Shown here: one piece after another, positions 18,468 through 27,247 of the stretch
How positions within the stretch are numbered: position 1 is the first letter of the stretch
Layout of the letters: every line of letters starts with the position of its first letter
Source: a virus
Lineage: Duplodnaviria; Caudoviricetes
Length of the DNA stretch: 57,252 nucleotides
Virus record (IMG/VR): IMGVR_UViG_3300025128_000041
Location: 1 to 57,252 of that record
Strand: one strand, 5' to 3'
Position numbers and translations under genes: made by a program
Notes under the pieces: model-generated
What the model saw: only the letters and a program-made list of their open reading frames with translations
Database searches by the model: none
Told to the model about the DNA's origin: nothing

Positions 18468-18893
18468 GTGAACACCCACAAGAACATGACAGGGGCTACG
18501 ATCTATGTCCTGTTTAAACAAAGCGAAATTGTTTATGTTGGACAGAGCATTAACCCTTACAGTCGGATAGGCCAACACACAAAAGACAAAGACTTTGATC
18601 ACTTCAGAGTTATGCCTTGCCTGAAAAATCGCATGACCTATTGGGAAGATTATTTAATCTACAAGTACCAGCCCAAGTACAATGTTCTGGGAAAGAAGAA
18701 AGGCAACCGCGCAATTAAACAAGTGGCTAAAGAAGATCCGAGGATCGAGTACGAGTGTGAGCCGTTGTTCATCAACAATTCTCACAACATAGGCTATAGT
18801 TATGTGTCATCCACAGGGTCACGGTTAGTGATTGATAGTGGTCGCACCTTTCAATCCAATGTCTTGATGATCAGCGATCCGATACGTGCATGA
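18468..18893 (+). CDS. GIY-YIG nuclease-domain protein
   Basis: IYVLF..IVYVGQSINPYSRIGQH..EDYLIYKYQPKYN. Confidence 0.75.
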   Translation: MNTHKNMTGATIYVLFKQSEIVYVGQSINPYSRIGQHTKDKDFDHFRVMPCLKNRMTYWEDYLIYKYQPKYNVLGKKKGNRAIKQVAKEDPRIEYECEPLFINNSHNIGYSYVSSTGSRLVIDSGRTFQSNVLMISDPIRA

Positions 18894-18944
18894 TACGTGC
18901 ATGAGTTGAGGACAACTTATACGATCTACAACTTTTCTTGTAGC

Positions 18945-19113
18945 GTTTAAACGGAGCACTATTCATTACACCACGAGTCACAACAATACTGCTGTTGGTC
19001 ATAGCGCTTCCGTCACAATACCACCCGTCACAATAACACCGCTGTTGGTCATCAGTTTAAACGGCGCACATCTCATTACACCGCAGGTCATAATAATACC
19101 GCTGTTGGTCATA
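18945..19113. repeat. Imperfect direct-repeat cluster, candidate replication origin
   Basis: ~59-bp unit at 18945 and 19055; GCTGTTGGTCAT at 18991, 19041, 19101; several GTCAYAA(T/C)A submotifs. Confidence 0.8.
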
Positions 19114-19157
19114 ATTTATTGTGAAGGGTTGGCTCAAATAAAATTATGAGTAGCTCA

Positions 19158-20867
19158 TTAGCCTGTCATGTTGTGACCAGTGTAGTAAGTTCCATCTTTA
19201 TAGTTGTACTTCAAGTCAACCGTTCCCACCATACCGCTTTGCTTAAAGCGTATCTTCTTCACATGGATTCGGATGTCATTAGAGTCTGGCGTGAAGTCCC
19301 TCTCAACAATCAGGATGTTGTCAGCTTTGTTATAAAAGTTAGCTGACCCCGCTATGTCATAAGGCTCTGGTACAGGGAACGTTCCATCTGCATTACGTCT
19401 TAGCTTTGCGGGGTGAGCAACCAGCCACACATGGCACTCGTTATTTGCCGCCCACCTCTTTAGCTTCGCTAGCATCTGAGAAACGTATTCGGTTTCTGTC
19501 CACCCGCTAGGCCGCTTATGCTCAAACTCATTATATGGATCAAGGACTAACCCTCTTACCTTTGAGTACCTCTGCACGCAAGCAGTAGCATTGTCTAAAC
19601 ACCAATCTATAGTCGGAGCCTCATCGTCCGATCTGATCCAGTAATAATGGTTGCCTATGAATGAAATTGCATTGGCCCATTCACCATCATCCATCTCTCC
19701 TCCAGCAAATGTTTTCCAAGCTGGCTTCCCCACATACTTGGCAGCAATTTTATTGATGTGATCATCAACAGGATTCTCGAATGAGCAAACAGCAAATCTC
19801 CAGTCATGGTCTTTAGCTAGGTTTAAACAGATCTGATCTAGGAATTCTGACTTGCCAACTCCGGGTGCGCCGGAAACTATCGTGAGTTCTCCGGGCCTTA
19901 CCCTGTAGTTCTGACTAAGGGCAGAGATTCCAACATCAATACCCATCCGAACATCACCCTTCAATAATGCGTAAGCATCTTCCACATAGTTACGTGTTTC
20001 TTGTAACGCTTTAAGCGGCCAAGGCTCTGCGCTATCAACAAACTCTGCTAACTTTTCCTTTCCATACCCGACCAATACATCATTAGGATCTTTGCATCCT
20101 TCGGGCCACACCACTCTCCAACATCTTGACCTACCCAACCTACGCGCCAGCTCATTGCGCATGATAAGACCAACCTCGTCACCATCATTCAATAAAACTA
20201 TTCGTTTAAACGTTGACAGCGAATCGTTTAGCTCATCGATCCACGGGATCTTGTGATCACTTGCTCCATCAGGTAGTGAGATAACGTTAGTAAATCCCGC
20301 TTCCATAACTGACAGCGCATCAACCTCGCCCTCTGTTATGATCAGCGTTTCGTTTTCTGGATCGACTAAGTTCCATAGGTATGGCAAACGAGATCCGTTT
20401 TTTACCTGAGTAAACTGCTTATCAATCGTGCGAAACTTAACGTTAATTGTTTTGCCATCAGCATCTCGATGAACAAAGGCGATTGCCTTCTTGTTCTCAC
20501 CATTAATGAATGCCTCTCCAGCCTCAACTCCCGCCAAGTCTGTTATCTCTTTAGATATTCCTCTCTTCTCAAACCATTGAGCTATCTTATCGTTAATCCC
20601 TTGAAGCTCTGGTATCTTGGGTTTCTCTTTCTGTTTAAACGGACTGTTGTTCATAGTGTTTCTCCATACATTCCCTTCCCAATCACAGTGATGGCAGCGC
20701 CATTGCGCACCCTCAAAATCTATTGACATGGAAAGGCAATACTCGTTGCGATTTTTCTTGCGTGTGTGTGAACATTGGGGGCAAAGCATTTTCTTCTGCC
20801 CCTCGTTTAAGTCTGTAGGATTAAAGCCCTCAGATGTAAGCTTGTCCCAAAAGTCTGGCGCACTCAC
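19158..20867 (-). CDS. Primase-helicase, T7 gp4/Twinkle-like
   Basis: Zinc-binding CPQC..CHHC, TOPRIM ITEGEVDALS and DGD, SF4 Walker A GAPGVGKS, LDPYN, VAHPAK. Confidence 0.92.
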   Translation of the reverse strand: MSAPDFWDKLTSEGFNPTDLNEGQKKMLCPQCSHTRKKNRNEYCLSMSIDFEGAQWRCHHCDWEGNVWRNTMNNSPFKQKEKPKIPELQGINDKIAQWFEKRGISKEITDLAGVEAGEAFINGENKKAIAFVHRDADGKTINVKFRTIDKQFTQVKNGSRLPYLWNLVDPENETLIITEGEVDALSVMEAGFTNVISLPDGASDHKIPWIDELNDSLSTFKRIVLLNDGDEVGLIMRNELARRLGRSRCWRVVWPEGCKDPNDVLVGYGKEKLAEFVDSAEPWPLKALQETRNYVEDAYALLKGDVRMGIDVGISALSQNYRVRPGELTIVSGAPGVGKSEFLDQICLNLAKDHDWRFAVCSFENPVDDHINKIAAKYVGKPAWKTFAGGEMDDGEWANAISFIGNHYYWIRSDDEAPTIDWCLDNATACVQRYSKVRGLVLDPYNEFEHKRPSGWTETEYVSQMLAKLKRWAANNECHVWLVAHPAKLRRNADGTFPVPEPYDIAGSANFYNKADNILIVERDFTPDSNDIRIHVKKIRFKQSGMVGTVDLKYNYKDGTYYTGHNMTG

Positions 20868-21139
20868 GGTGCTGTCTGAAAGACTGTTCTCCCAGACTCA
20901 GTAACCCTTCGGCCTAAGTCATCTCGATCAAGATCTCGCGCTGTCTTAGCGTCCATCTTGGTTAGATAAGCTGACGTACTTATGTACCAGCGCTTACGTG
21001 TCTTGGGATCAGCATCGTATGTCAGCCAGTCATCCCTCGATTGAAGCACTGCATCTAAGTTCGGTATGTTTTTGAAAGCCTTTTGCCAACGTGTGTAGTC
21101 GGCCTCGTTAAGTTTGATTGTGTTCCCTTTGAACATCAT
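20864..21139 (-). CDS. Hypothetical replication-linked protein
   Basis: AGGAGG SD with TTCGCAAC motif; coupled to the primase-helicase gene. Confidence 0.65.
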   Translation of the reverse strand: MMFKGNTIKLNEADYTRWQKAFKNIPNLDAVLQSRDDWLTYDADPKTRKRWYISTSAYLTKMDAKTARDLDRDDLGRRVTESGRTVFQTAP

Positions 21140-21572
21140 TTCCTCCTGTTGCGAATTGAAAATGGTCGAGGTTCCAGTGTACTACTGGTTCCTGATCTTG
21201 TGAATCGTTTCTGTCATTTCTTCCACCCCATTCTATAGAATCTGGCGGTGTGCTTAAGTCAAGGAACCCTATTGATCCGCATGACCACTTCACAATAAGT
21301 ATTACATCCTTGCCTGTTGCAGTCATAAGCATCTTTGCATTGGCTAGTTTCATTGCCGACAATATGTATGTTGAAAATGTCCCGCACTTATGCGTCCGTA
21401 CTTTAATCTCTGCAAACCCCTCAACCTTCCCTTGCTCGTTCAAGAAGGTGTAGTCGATTGGGTATTGCCTTGGGTTAGCTTTCGCTTCCACTCCCCAGAG
21501 TTCCGAAACCCTTTCGGCAAGCTCTGATTCGTTCTTGCGATCCTTGTCGGATTCATATATCGGTCTACTCAT
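21108..21572 (-). CDS. PD-(D/E)xK-fold nuclease-like protein
   Basis: YPIDY...FAEIKVR motif; GAGGAG SD. Confidence 0.65.
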   Translation of the reverse strand: MSRPIYESDKDRKNESELAERVSELWGVEAKANPRQYPIDYTFLNEQGKVEGFAEIKVRTHKCGTFSTYILSAMKLANAKMLMTATGKDVILIVKWSCGSIGFLDLSTPPDSIEWGGRNDRNDSQDQEPVVHWNLDHFQFATGGNDVQREHNQT

Positions 21573-21881
21573 ATCAGCTCCTCAGTTGCTTATATTTATA
21601 GATAGTTGATTAGATCGGTTGGTGAGAGAAGGACGCTCCCCCCAAACCCCCCACGTTAAAACATGGAGAAGATGGAAAGATCATCCCACTAGATCGGTCG
21701 GAGCCGAGCATGGACATTACCAGTAATTTATAACGCGGATTCTGGTCTTACCCCCTTCCGCTGATTCCTTGCTTTTATTAAAATACACACATACACTTGA
21801 TCGCGCAACCCCTACTAAATTTATACTGTATCGTGTTGCACTCCTTTGTTGCGAAAGGAACGGCCCTGTCCATAGTTCACC

Positions 21882-22300
21882 TCAGTTAATTATGGGCGGG
21901 GTCAACCCTTCGACATCATCACCATCTTCATCAAAGTCTATCTCCTCTATAATCACTTCAGCCCTTGGCGAGATCTTATCAAGGAACCTAGCGCACGAGA
22001 TTACTTTCACCTGTCTATCGTTTTCGTAGACTAGTCCTTGCAGTGCATCTAGGATCACCGATGGATCTAAATCCTGCCTCCTGCTTGGATAGTAAATTGC
22101 GGCGGAGAAAGCCAAGTCACCCTCAAGCATTTTGTTTAAACGAGGCACTTGCATTTGCAAATCTTTCTCGAACTGCAACGCCTTCTTTGATTTTATAAAC
22201 CGCGGCTTCCCACCAAACGTAACAAGTCTTCTGCTGTTTGCCTTTGATGCAACCTCACCATGAATTATATGCTTGACCTTTCTTTTTATTCGTGTTTCTA
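21882..22300 (-). CDS. rusA: RusA-like Holliday junction resolvase (start uncertain)
   Basis: GEVASKANSRR..RRQDLD..ILDALQGLVYENDRQV..PRAEVII. Confidence 0.75.
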
Positions 22301-22332
22301 TCGTACACCTACCTTTCGCAACAGGGTTATCA

Positions 22333-23202
22333 ATGCAATACACTAACAAGTTAAATCTGCCCGCGCCAATAGTTGAAGCTGTTAAGCGCGACACCTATTC
22401 AAAAGGCAAGGCAAGTTACTCAGCCACCGGCCTACTCAGGCCACCACAAATGGCAGCTCTCTATGACAGTTATTCAGACTTCATATCAAAGGATGTGTCT
22501 CAGGAGCTGTGGACGCTGTTTGGGAGCGCTGTTCATCTTATCCTTGAAGGTACCAAGGCTCCAGAATACGTCACTGAGGAGCGCTTATACTGCTCTGTAG
22601 AGGGTGTTCGGTTATCTGGGCAGATAGATGTTCAACACATACAGCCTGATGGTTCGAGGGTATTGCAAGACTACAAGACACGAAAGGCATACGGAGTAAT
22701 GAACAACGACTCCGATGAGAAGCAACTAAACATCTACCGCTACATTGCAATGCAGAATGACATTGAGGTGAGTGGTCTACAGGTAATCAACCTGATCAAA
22801 GATTGGTCGCGCCACGAAGCAGAGCGCAGGGAAGGATACCCGCCCAATGACATATACATACAGGACGTACCAATTTGGTCAGACCAAAAGATCAAATCGT
22901 TTGTAGAGGAACGCATACGCTTGCACGAGGATGCAGCTAAAGGCAATGCGATTCTTTGCACAGACGATGAGAGATGGCTGCGTGACGAGAAGTTCGCAGT
23001 TATGAAGGAAGGAAGAAAGCGTGCGGTTCGCGTGTTTGATTCTATGAAAGAAGCAGAGGTCTTTATCACTGCGCAGAAAGATGCCGACAAACATATTGTC
23101 GATCACCGTAGGGGTCAGCCCACAAGGTGTATGTCGTTTTGCGATGTCAGAGATTTCTGTCCACAATTCGCAACGTTTAAACAGGAGAATACTTTTGAGT
23201 GA
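22333..23202 (+). CDS. PD-(D/E)xK Cas4-like exonuclease
   Basis: GSAVHLILE, LSGQIDV, LQDYKT, QLNIY, C-terminal RCMSFCDVRDFCPQF. Confidence 0.8.
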   Translation: MQYTNKLNLPAPIVEAVKRDTYSKGKASYSATGLLRPPQMAALYDSYSDFISKDVSQELWTLFGSAVHLILEGTKAPEYVTEERLYCSVEGVRLSGQIDVQHIQPDGSRVLQDYKTRKAYGVMNNDSDEKQLNIYRYIAMQNDIEVSGLQVINLIKDWSRHEAERREGYPPNDIYIQDVPIWSDQKIKSFVEERIRLHEDAAKGNAILCTDDERWLRDEKFAVMKEGRKRAVRVFDSMKEAEVFITAQKDADKHIVDHRRGQPTRCMSFCDVRDFCPQFATFKQENTFE

Positions 23203-23950
23203 TAACAAACTTCTTGAAGCAATCGGCTTCATGGAATCCTTGCCGGACTCGGACAAGGTGGATATTGGCGGGAAGCTATACGCACAGGTTACTACTCGTG
23301 TCGTTGCATTCCGCAAAGCTTACGGAGATCAAGGCCGAATAACGACAACGATTCATGTGTCTAACGAGAATCGCGTACAGATAGAGGCTCGCATCTACGT
23401 CAGGGATGGCAACACTTGGCACTTAATCGCTAATGATTGGGCCGAGGAGTTTAGGTCTGATGGATTTATCAACAAGAAATCAGCAACGGAAAACTGTGCT
23501 ACATCAGCAATAGGTAGGGCGTTAGCCGCTTGTGGTTTGGGTGGCGGCGAATACGCATCAGGTGATGAGGTAGAGTACGCCAAGACAGACAAGGCTGAGA
23601 TCGGATCTGGCAAGGCCAAGGTTGAGAAGAAGGAACCCGCTGCAAAAAAGACTGAAGAGGCAAAGCCAACGCCTAAAGAAGTACAGGCAGAGGAACCCAA
23701 GACAGAGGAACCCAAGGCAGAAGAGAAGCAAGAAAAGGTAGCGTCTTCTGAGTGGCCGACTAAACTTAGGACGCAGCTCAACGCACTTAAGGCGATGCAC
23801 ACACATCACCAGATGGTGTACCACGTAAAGGAACACGCAGAGGAATGGAAGAAAACATACGGCGGCACACCCGCTTATGATTCATTTGTCGGCGAGATAA
23901 CCGCGCTGATTCAAGCGCAACAAGAACTAGAAAATAAGGAGAGTTTTTAA
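23195..23950 (+). CDS. Rad52/Sak-like ssDNA annealing protein
   Basis: GKLYAQVTTRV..AEEFR..INKKSATENCATSAIGRALAACG; TTG start 7 nt after AGGAG. Confidence 0.7.
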   Translation: MSDNKLLEAIGFMESLPDSDKVDIGGKLYAQVTTRVVAFRKAYGDQGRITTTIHVSNENRVQIEARIYVRDGNTWHLIANDWAEEFRSDGFINKKSATENCATSAIGRALAACGLGGGEYASGDEVEYAKTDKAEIGSGKAKVEKKEPAAKKTEEAKPTPKEVQAEEPKTEEPKAEEKQEKVASSEWPTKLRTQLNALKAMHTHHQMVYHVKEHAEEWKKTYGGTPAYDSFVGEITALIQAQQELENKESF

Positions 23951-24192
23951 TGGCTTACGAAATCCGAGAACTGGACTGTAATTTGTTTCCTAATGATAGG
24001 AAGCAAGAGTCTTGGCACGCTGACTTCAACGGAAAGTTGCTAGTCAATGGCAAATACTACTACGTAAACCTTATGGATAAGCGAGAAGACCCGCAGTCCA
24101 AGGTATCTTTTAGGCTGACACTTAAAGAATCTGGAGAACCGAAGCAAGCCCCACGATCTAGCGGTTTTGAATCGGATGATTTAGGATTATGA
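23950..24192 (+). CDS. Small ssDNA-binding protein (putative)
   Basis: LFPNDRK..ADFNGKLLVNG..SFRL pattern, acidic tail DDLGL; follows the annealase. Confidence 0.6.
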   Translation: MAYEIRELDCNLFPNDRKQESWHADFNGKLLVNGKYYYVNLMDKREDPQSKVSFRLTLKESGEPKQAPRSSGFESDDLGL

Positions 24193-24449
24193 GTAGGGTA
24201 AAAGGATATGCGATGGATCTTGAAACCACACTGGAAAAGGCCGAGGTAATTAGCCTCGATGCTAGGAGACTTGCAAATCGTGTAGGGATACACATTGATA
24301 CGCAAGTTGAAAACAACCTTGATTCAGAATCATTGGTGGAAATAGACAAGCGTTTAAACGATCTACTTCAAAGCGTTGAAGACCTGAAGCAGATTAACGA
24401 TAAGCTAAAAGATCTAGTCGATGACATCGAACGAAAAGGATTGGTCTAA
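24189..24449 (+). CDS. Hypothetical coiled-coil protein
   Basis: ATGA overlap; tiles the operon. Confidence 0.6.
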   Translation: MSRVKGYAMDLETTLEKAEVISLDARRLANRVGIHIDTQVENNLDSESLVEIDKRLNDLLQSVEDLKQINDKLKDLVDDIERKGLV

Positions 24450-24717
24450 CAAAGTACGCAGCCAGAGATACCTTGCACACGTAAGGGATCATGGCTGCTT
24501 AATCTGTCAACGCCCAGCACAAGCACACCATTTAACGTTCACCGATAAGGACAACCTTAGAGGCATGAGGCGCACGAGTGATGCAGACACAGTACCTCTG
24601 TGTGACGATCATCACAGGCATCTCCATGCTTATGGGAACGAGCAACGTTGGTGGGCTATGCAGGGCATAGATCCTTTAATGTTTACAACCGCAACATGGA
24701 GCGAATTTAATGAGTGA
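24421..24717 (+). CDS. DUF968/Ref-like HNH-type protein
   Basis: YLAHVRDHGCLIC..AHHL..DADTVPLCDDHHRHLH. Confidence 0.75.
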   Translation: MTSNEKDWSNKVRSQRYLAHVRDHGCLICQRPAQAHHLTFTDKDNLRGMRRTSDADTVPLCDDHHRHLHAYGNEQRWWAMQGIDPLMFTTATWSEFNE

Positions 24718-25024
24718 AAACAATTACCCGATAACCCAAGAGGAATACAACCAAATCGAGGAAGAGTTTGGCGACTACCGATTCAACCAGTATTGCATCC
24801 TAGTAAGACAGGAAGACGGTGGTATCGGAGTCTTTGGGGAGTTTCAAGACCCAAAGGATGCCGCAGATTACTACAAATATTTCTTAAGCCACGCCATAGA
24901 AGAGAAGGATGTGACCATCCAAATGCTGACTATGGTTTCTCGTTTAAACGATGAGGGCAACGCTTACCAGTTTGATATGGATTTTATGAACCATAACAAA
25001 GATGATGGAGAAGATGATGAGTGA
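24710..25024 (+). CDS. Acidic hypothetical protein
   Basis: GGAG SD; tiles the operon. Confidence 0.6.
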   Translation: MSENNYPITQEEYNQIEEEFGDYRFNQYCILVRQEDGGIGVFGEFQDPKDAADYYKYFLSHAIEEKDVTIQMLTMVSRLNDEGNAYQFDMDFMNHNKDDGEDDE

Positions 25025-25469
25025 TGCAGATAGAATTGCCGAACACTTCGAGGCAAAGAAGTATGCGTACCGACAGTCGAGAGATGGCATGGTGCTTTCT
25101 TTTATCTTACACCCAGACGATGTGCCTAACGAACTAGCCACGGCAAAAATCGGACAACGATATATGATAGCCTGTGCGCAGATAGGTGAGGATGAGAGGC
25201 CGGTTGTGAAAGCAGCAGTTACCAAAGGTGAACGAGCTATGGCTAGGGCCAACTTAATTTGCCGAGAACAAACCTTTCAAGGATGGGTACGTTTAAACAA
25301 CGAACGTGAAGGCTGGGTTGCCGACACCCCTAATGACGAAGAGCTTGCATCAAATGTAATCAGATCTGTTTGTGGTATTGAGTCACGAAAAGAACTGCTC
25401 ACTGATGAAGAAGCTCAAGAGAAACTTAAATCTTTTCTCGCGTTCTTTGAAGACGAGGTGAAGGCATGA
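25014..25469 (+). CDS. Conserved hypothetical protein
   Basis: FEAKKYAYRQSRDG..LHPDDVP..GQRYM motif; exact start among several Met codons uncertain. Confidence 0.65.
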   Translation: MMSDADRIAEHFEAKKYAYRQSRDGMVLSFILHPDDVPNELATAKIGQRYMIACAQIGEDERPVVKAAVTKGERAMARANLICREQTFQGWVRLNNEREGWVADTPNDEELASNVIRSVCGIESRKELLTDEEAQEKLKSFLAFFEDEVKA

Positions 25470-25741
25470 GCTGGTATACCGAGAAGATAAGAAGACTGCG
25501 CAATGATCAAGGTATGTCTTTACAGGTTCTCGCAGACAAAGCAGGAACTACCAAGTCATATTTAAGTCAGGTCGAGAGAGGCCATAGGAAGCCCAGCTTT
25601 GAGATTGTTGAGCAAATAGCTACCGCTCTAGGTGCTAGCGTATCAATCCAGCTAGAGGCTCCAGAGCCGCCACGAGCTATGGCTCCGAATCGTCCTCGCC
25701 GCCGCTCGATTGCGAGTCAGTTTCTGAATAATACTGAATAA
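25466..25741 (+). CDS. XRE/Cro-CI family HTH regulator
   Basis: IRRLRNDQGMSLQVLADKAGTTKSYLSQVERGHRKPS. Confidence 0.9.
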   Translation: MSWYTEKIRRLRNDQGMSLQVLADKAGTTKSYLSQVERGHRKPSFEIVEQIATALGASVSIQLEAPEPPRAMAPNRPRRRSIASQFLNNTE

Positions 25742-26081
25742 TACTTTTCGTTTGTCTTAGGTAACGCTTGATCTCTGCCATGTTGTAGGAGAGATTCTCA
25801 TAACCTTTAGAGGTCAAGCTGTACCAAACGTTCATTGGTGCCTCACCTTTCTCAAGATCGTCTAAATACTCTTGCATAATTGCTGGTGTCAGAACCGTCC
25901 ACTCAACAGGCATTGCAGATATTGCTCCCGGTGGTGGCGGATGATACATCGGAGCTTCCTTCACCACAGTTACAACTTCCACAGGCTTTACCTCTGTGGG
26001 TTTAAACGACCCGCCCCCTAATAAACTACACCCTGATAGTAAACTAAGAACTAGTCCGACTAATGTTGCGACCATTTTCAT
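25677..26081 (-). CDS. Outer-membrane spanin-like lipoprotein
   Basis: Signal peptide with lipobox LSGC, Pro-rich segment; overlaps the upstream i-spanin-like gene. Confidence 0.65.
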   Translation of the reverse strand: MKMVATLVGLVLSLLSGCSLLGGGSFKPTEVKPVEVVTVVKEAPMYHPPPPGAISAMPVEWTVLTPAIMQEYLDDLEKGEAPMNVWYSLTSKGYENLSYNMAEIKRYLRQTKSIIQYYSETDSQSSGGEDDSEP

Positions 26082-26484
26082 AAAATGTTTCCGGGTTGGT
26101 TATATCGGTGAGATCTGCCATTACCCGCTTCGTCCCCTTGTTGATTATGTTTTCTATTAGCTTTGGTTTCTTAAGACCCAGCACATTTATATCGTGCTTG
26201 GCGAACTTTTTTCTGATGTTCTCAACCTCGATCTGTGCTTGTTGGTTCTCATCACTTAACCTTTCTATTTGCTCAACCATTCTCTGTTGATTGTCGATGG
26301 TTTGTTTTAGGTTTTCATTTTGAGATTCAATTGTTCTTTCTAAAAGGTTTTGATTCTGTATTGATTGTTCAAGTTGCAAATGAAACGACTTAATCTCTGC
26401 CTGAGACTTATCGTAATACATCTTAAAAGCCCCAGCCGTAATGATTAAAATTGCCCCCAACCCTGCGCTTAACTTAAGCCCCAT
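26044..26484 (-). CDS. Inner-membrane spanin-like protein
   Basis: N-terminal TM followed by a long coiled coil. Confidence 0.65.
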   Translation of the reverse strand: MGLKLSAGLGAILIITAGAFKMYYDKSQAEIKSFHLQLEQSIQNQNLLERTIESQNENLKQTIDNQQRMVEQIERLSDENQQAQIEVENIRKKFAKHDINVLGLKKPKLIENIINKGTKRVMADLTDITNPETFYENGRNISRTSS

Positions 26485-26485
26485 A

Positions 26486-26797
26486 TTAAGATCCTTTCTT
26501 CCATTTCTTAGATGATGACTTAGTTTTGCTAGGACTCCACTTTACTTTATCTGCCCAGTAAGCTGCTGACATCTTCCCTTTCTTAATGTTTTTACCATGC
26601 CTTGATTTAAACGCTTTGCGTTGTCCGACTGTCTGGTTAGTCTTGACACCCTGCTGCCCAAAGCGAATGGTCTTTACCTTGTCACCCTCTTTTGCCACGA
26701 CAACATGGGATTTCTTAGGATGGTTAGGTGTACGCTTGGGCTTGTTAAACCCGCTGACTCCAGCCCTAGATAGTCGAGGATCTTTCTTAGATGGCAT
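26486..26797 (-). CDS. Lys-rich basic protein
   Basis: KSHVVVAKEGDKVKTIRFGQQG..FKSRH..SAAYWADKVKW conserved pattern. Confidence 0.75.
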   Translation of the reverse strand: MPSKKDPRLSRAGVSGFNKPKRTPNHPKKSHVVVAKEGDKVKTIRFGQQGVKTNQTVGQRKAFKSRHGKNIKKGKMSAAYWADKVKWSPSKTKSSSKKWKKGS

Positions 26798-27054
26798 TAT
26801 TTTTTCCTATGAGATCTTGTTTTTGTGGCAATCTTCTTGGGCTGCGCACTGTGCTGCTTACCTTTTTTAGTGTCGGCTCGCTTCTTTTTAGTTGTAGCTG
26901 CATACTCTTTAGAAGACAAAGACTTGATTGCTTTTTCTGGTAGATACCGTTCTCCCGTGGCTTTAGATCCCTGAGTCGATGGCTTGCCTGACTTAGTTCG
27001 CCACTTTTGTTTTGTCCATTTCTTTAAAGACTTTTGTGATTTCTTTAAAGCCAT
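26797..27054 (-). CDS. Lys-rich basic protein, DUF5872-like
   Basis: SLKKWTKQKWRTKSGKPS..GERYLP. Confidence 0.75.
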   Translation of the reverse strand: MALKKSQKSLKKWTKQKWRTKSGKPSTQGSKATGERYLPEKAIKSLSSKEYAATTKKKRADTKKGKQHSAQPKKIATKTRSHRKK

Positions 27055-27245
27055 TAGTTTTTATAACCTCCACCTTTGGCTTTGTATTGTTTGGCAAGCA
27101 TCTGTGCTTTTCGAGCTGACCACTGACCAGACTTACCACCTTTCGATCCTGCCTTGATCTTATTAAACAGCGTCTTCCTCATGGCTGGCTTAGTGTAATT
27201 ACCAGCTTGATTTACTTTAGATTTTGCTTTCTTTTTTTCTGCCAT
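27054..27245 (-). CDS. Lys-rich basic protein
   Basis: NYTKPAMRK..KGGKSGQWSARKAQMLAKQYKAKGGGY. Confidence 0.75.
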   Translation of the reverse strand: MAEKKKAKSKVNQAGNYTKPAMRKTLFNKIKAGSKGGKSGQWSARKAQMLAKQYKAKGGGYKN

Positions 27246-27247
27246 GT

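Larger units (their letters stand above)
10922..23174. promoter_or_regulatory. Start-associated motif (T)TCGCAAC(A) directly 5' of SD, ~11-12 copies
   Basis: + strand 10922, 11585, 13658/13666, 13927, 15619, 16649, 17262, 22315, 23167 (partial 16021); - strand 21147-21155 and 21847-21855. Confidence 0.8.

Noticed and set aside
18945-19113. CRISPR mini-array
   Set aside because: Only 2-3 degenerate units, the intervening sequences resemble each other rather than being unique spacers, and there is no cas operon.
22333-23202. Cas4 as part of a CRISPR system
   Set aside because: Stand-alone Cas4-like exonuclease beside an annealase and SSB, the usual phage recombination context.
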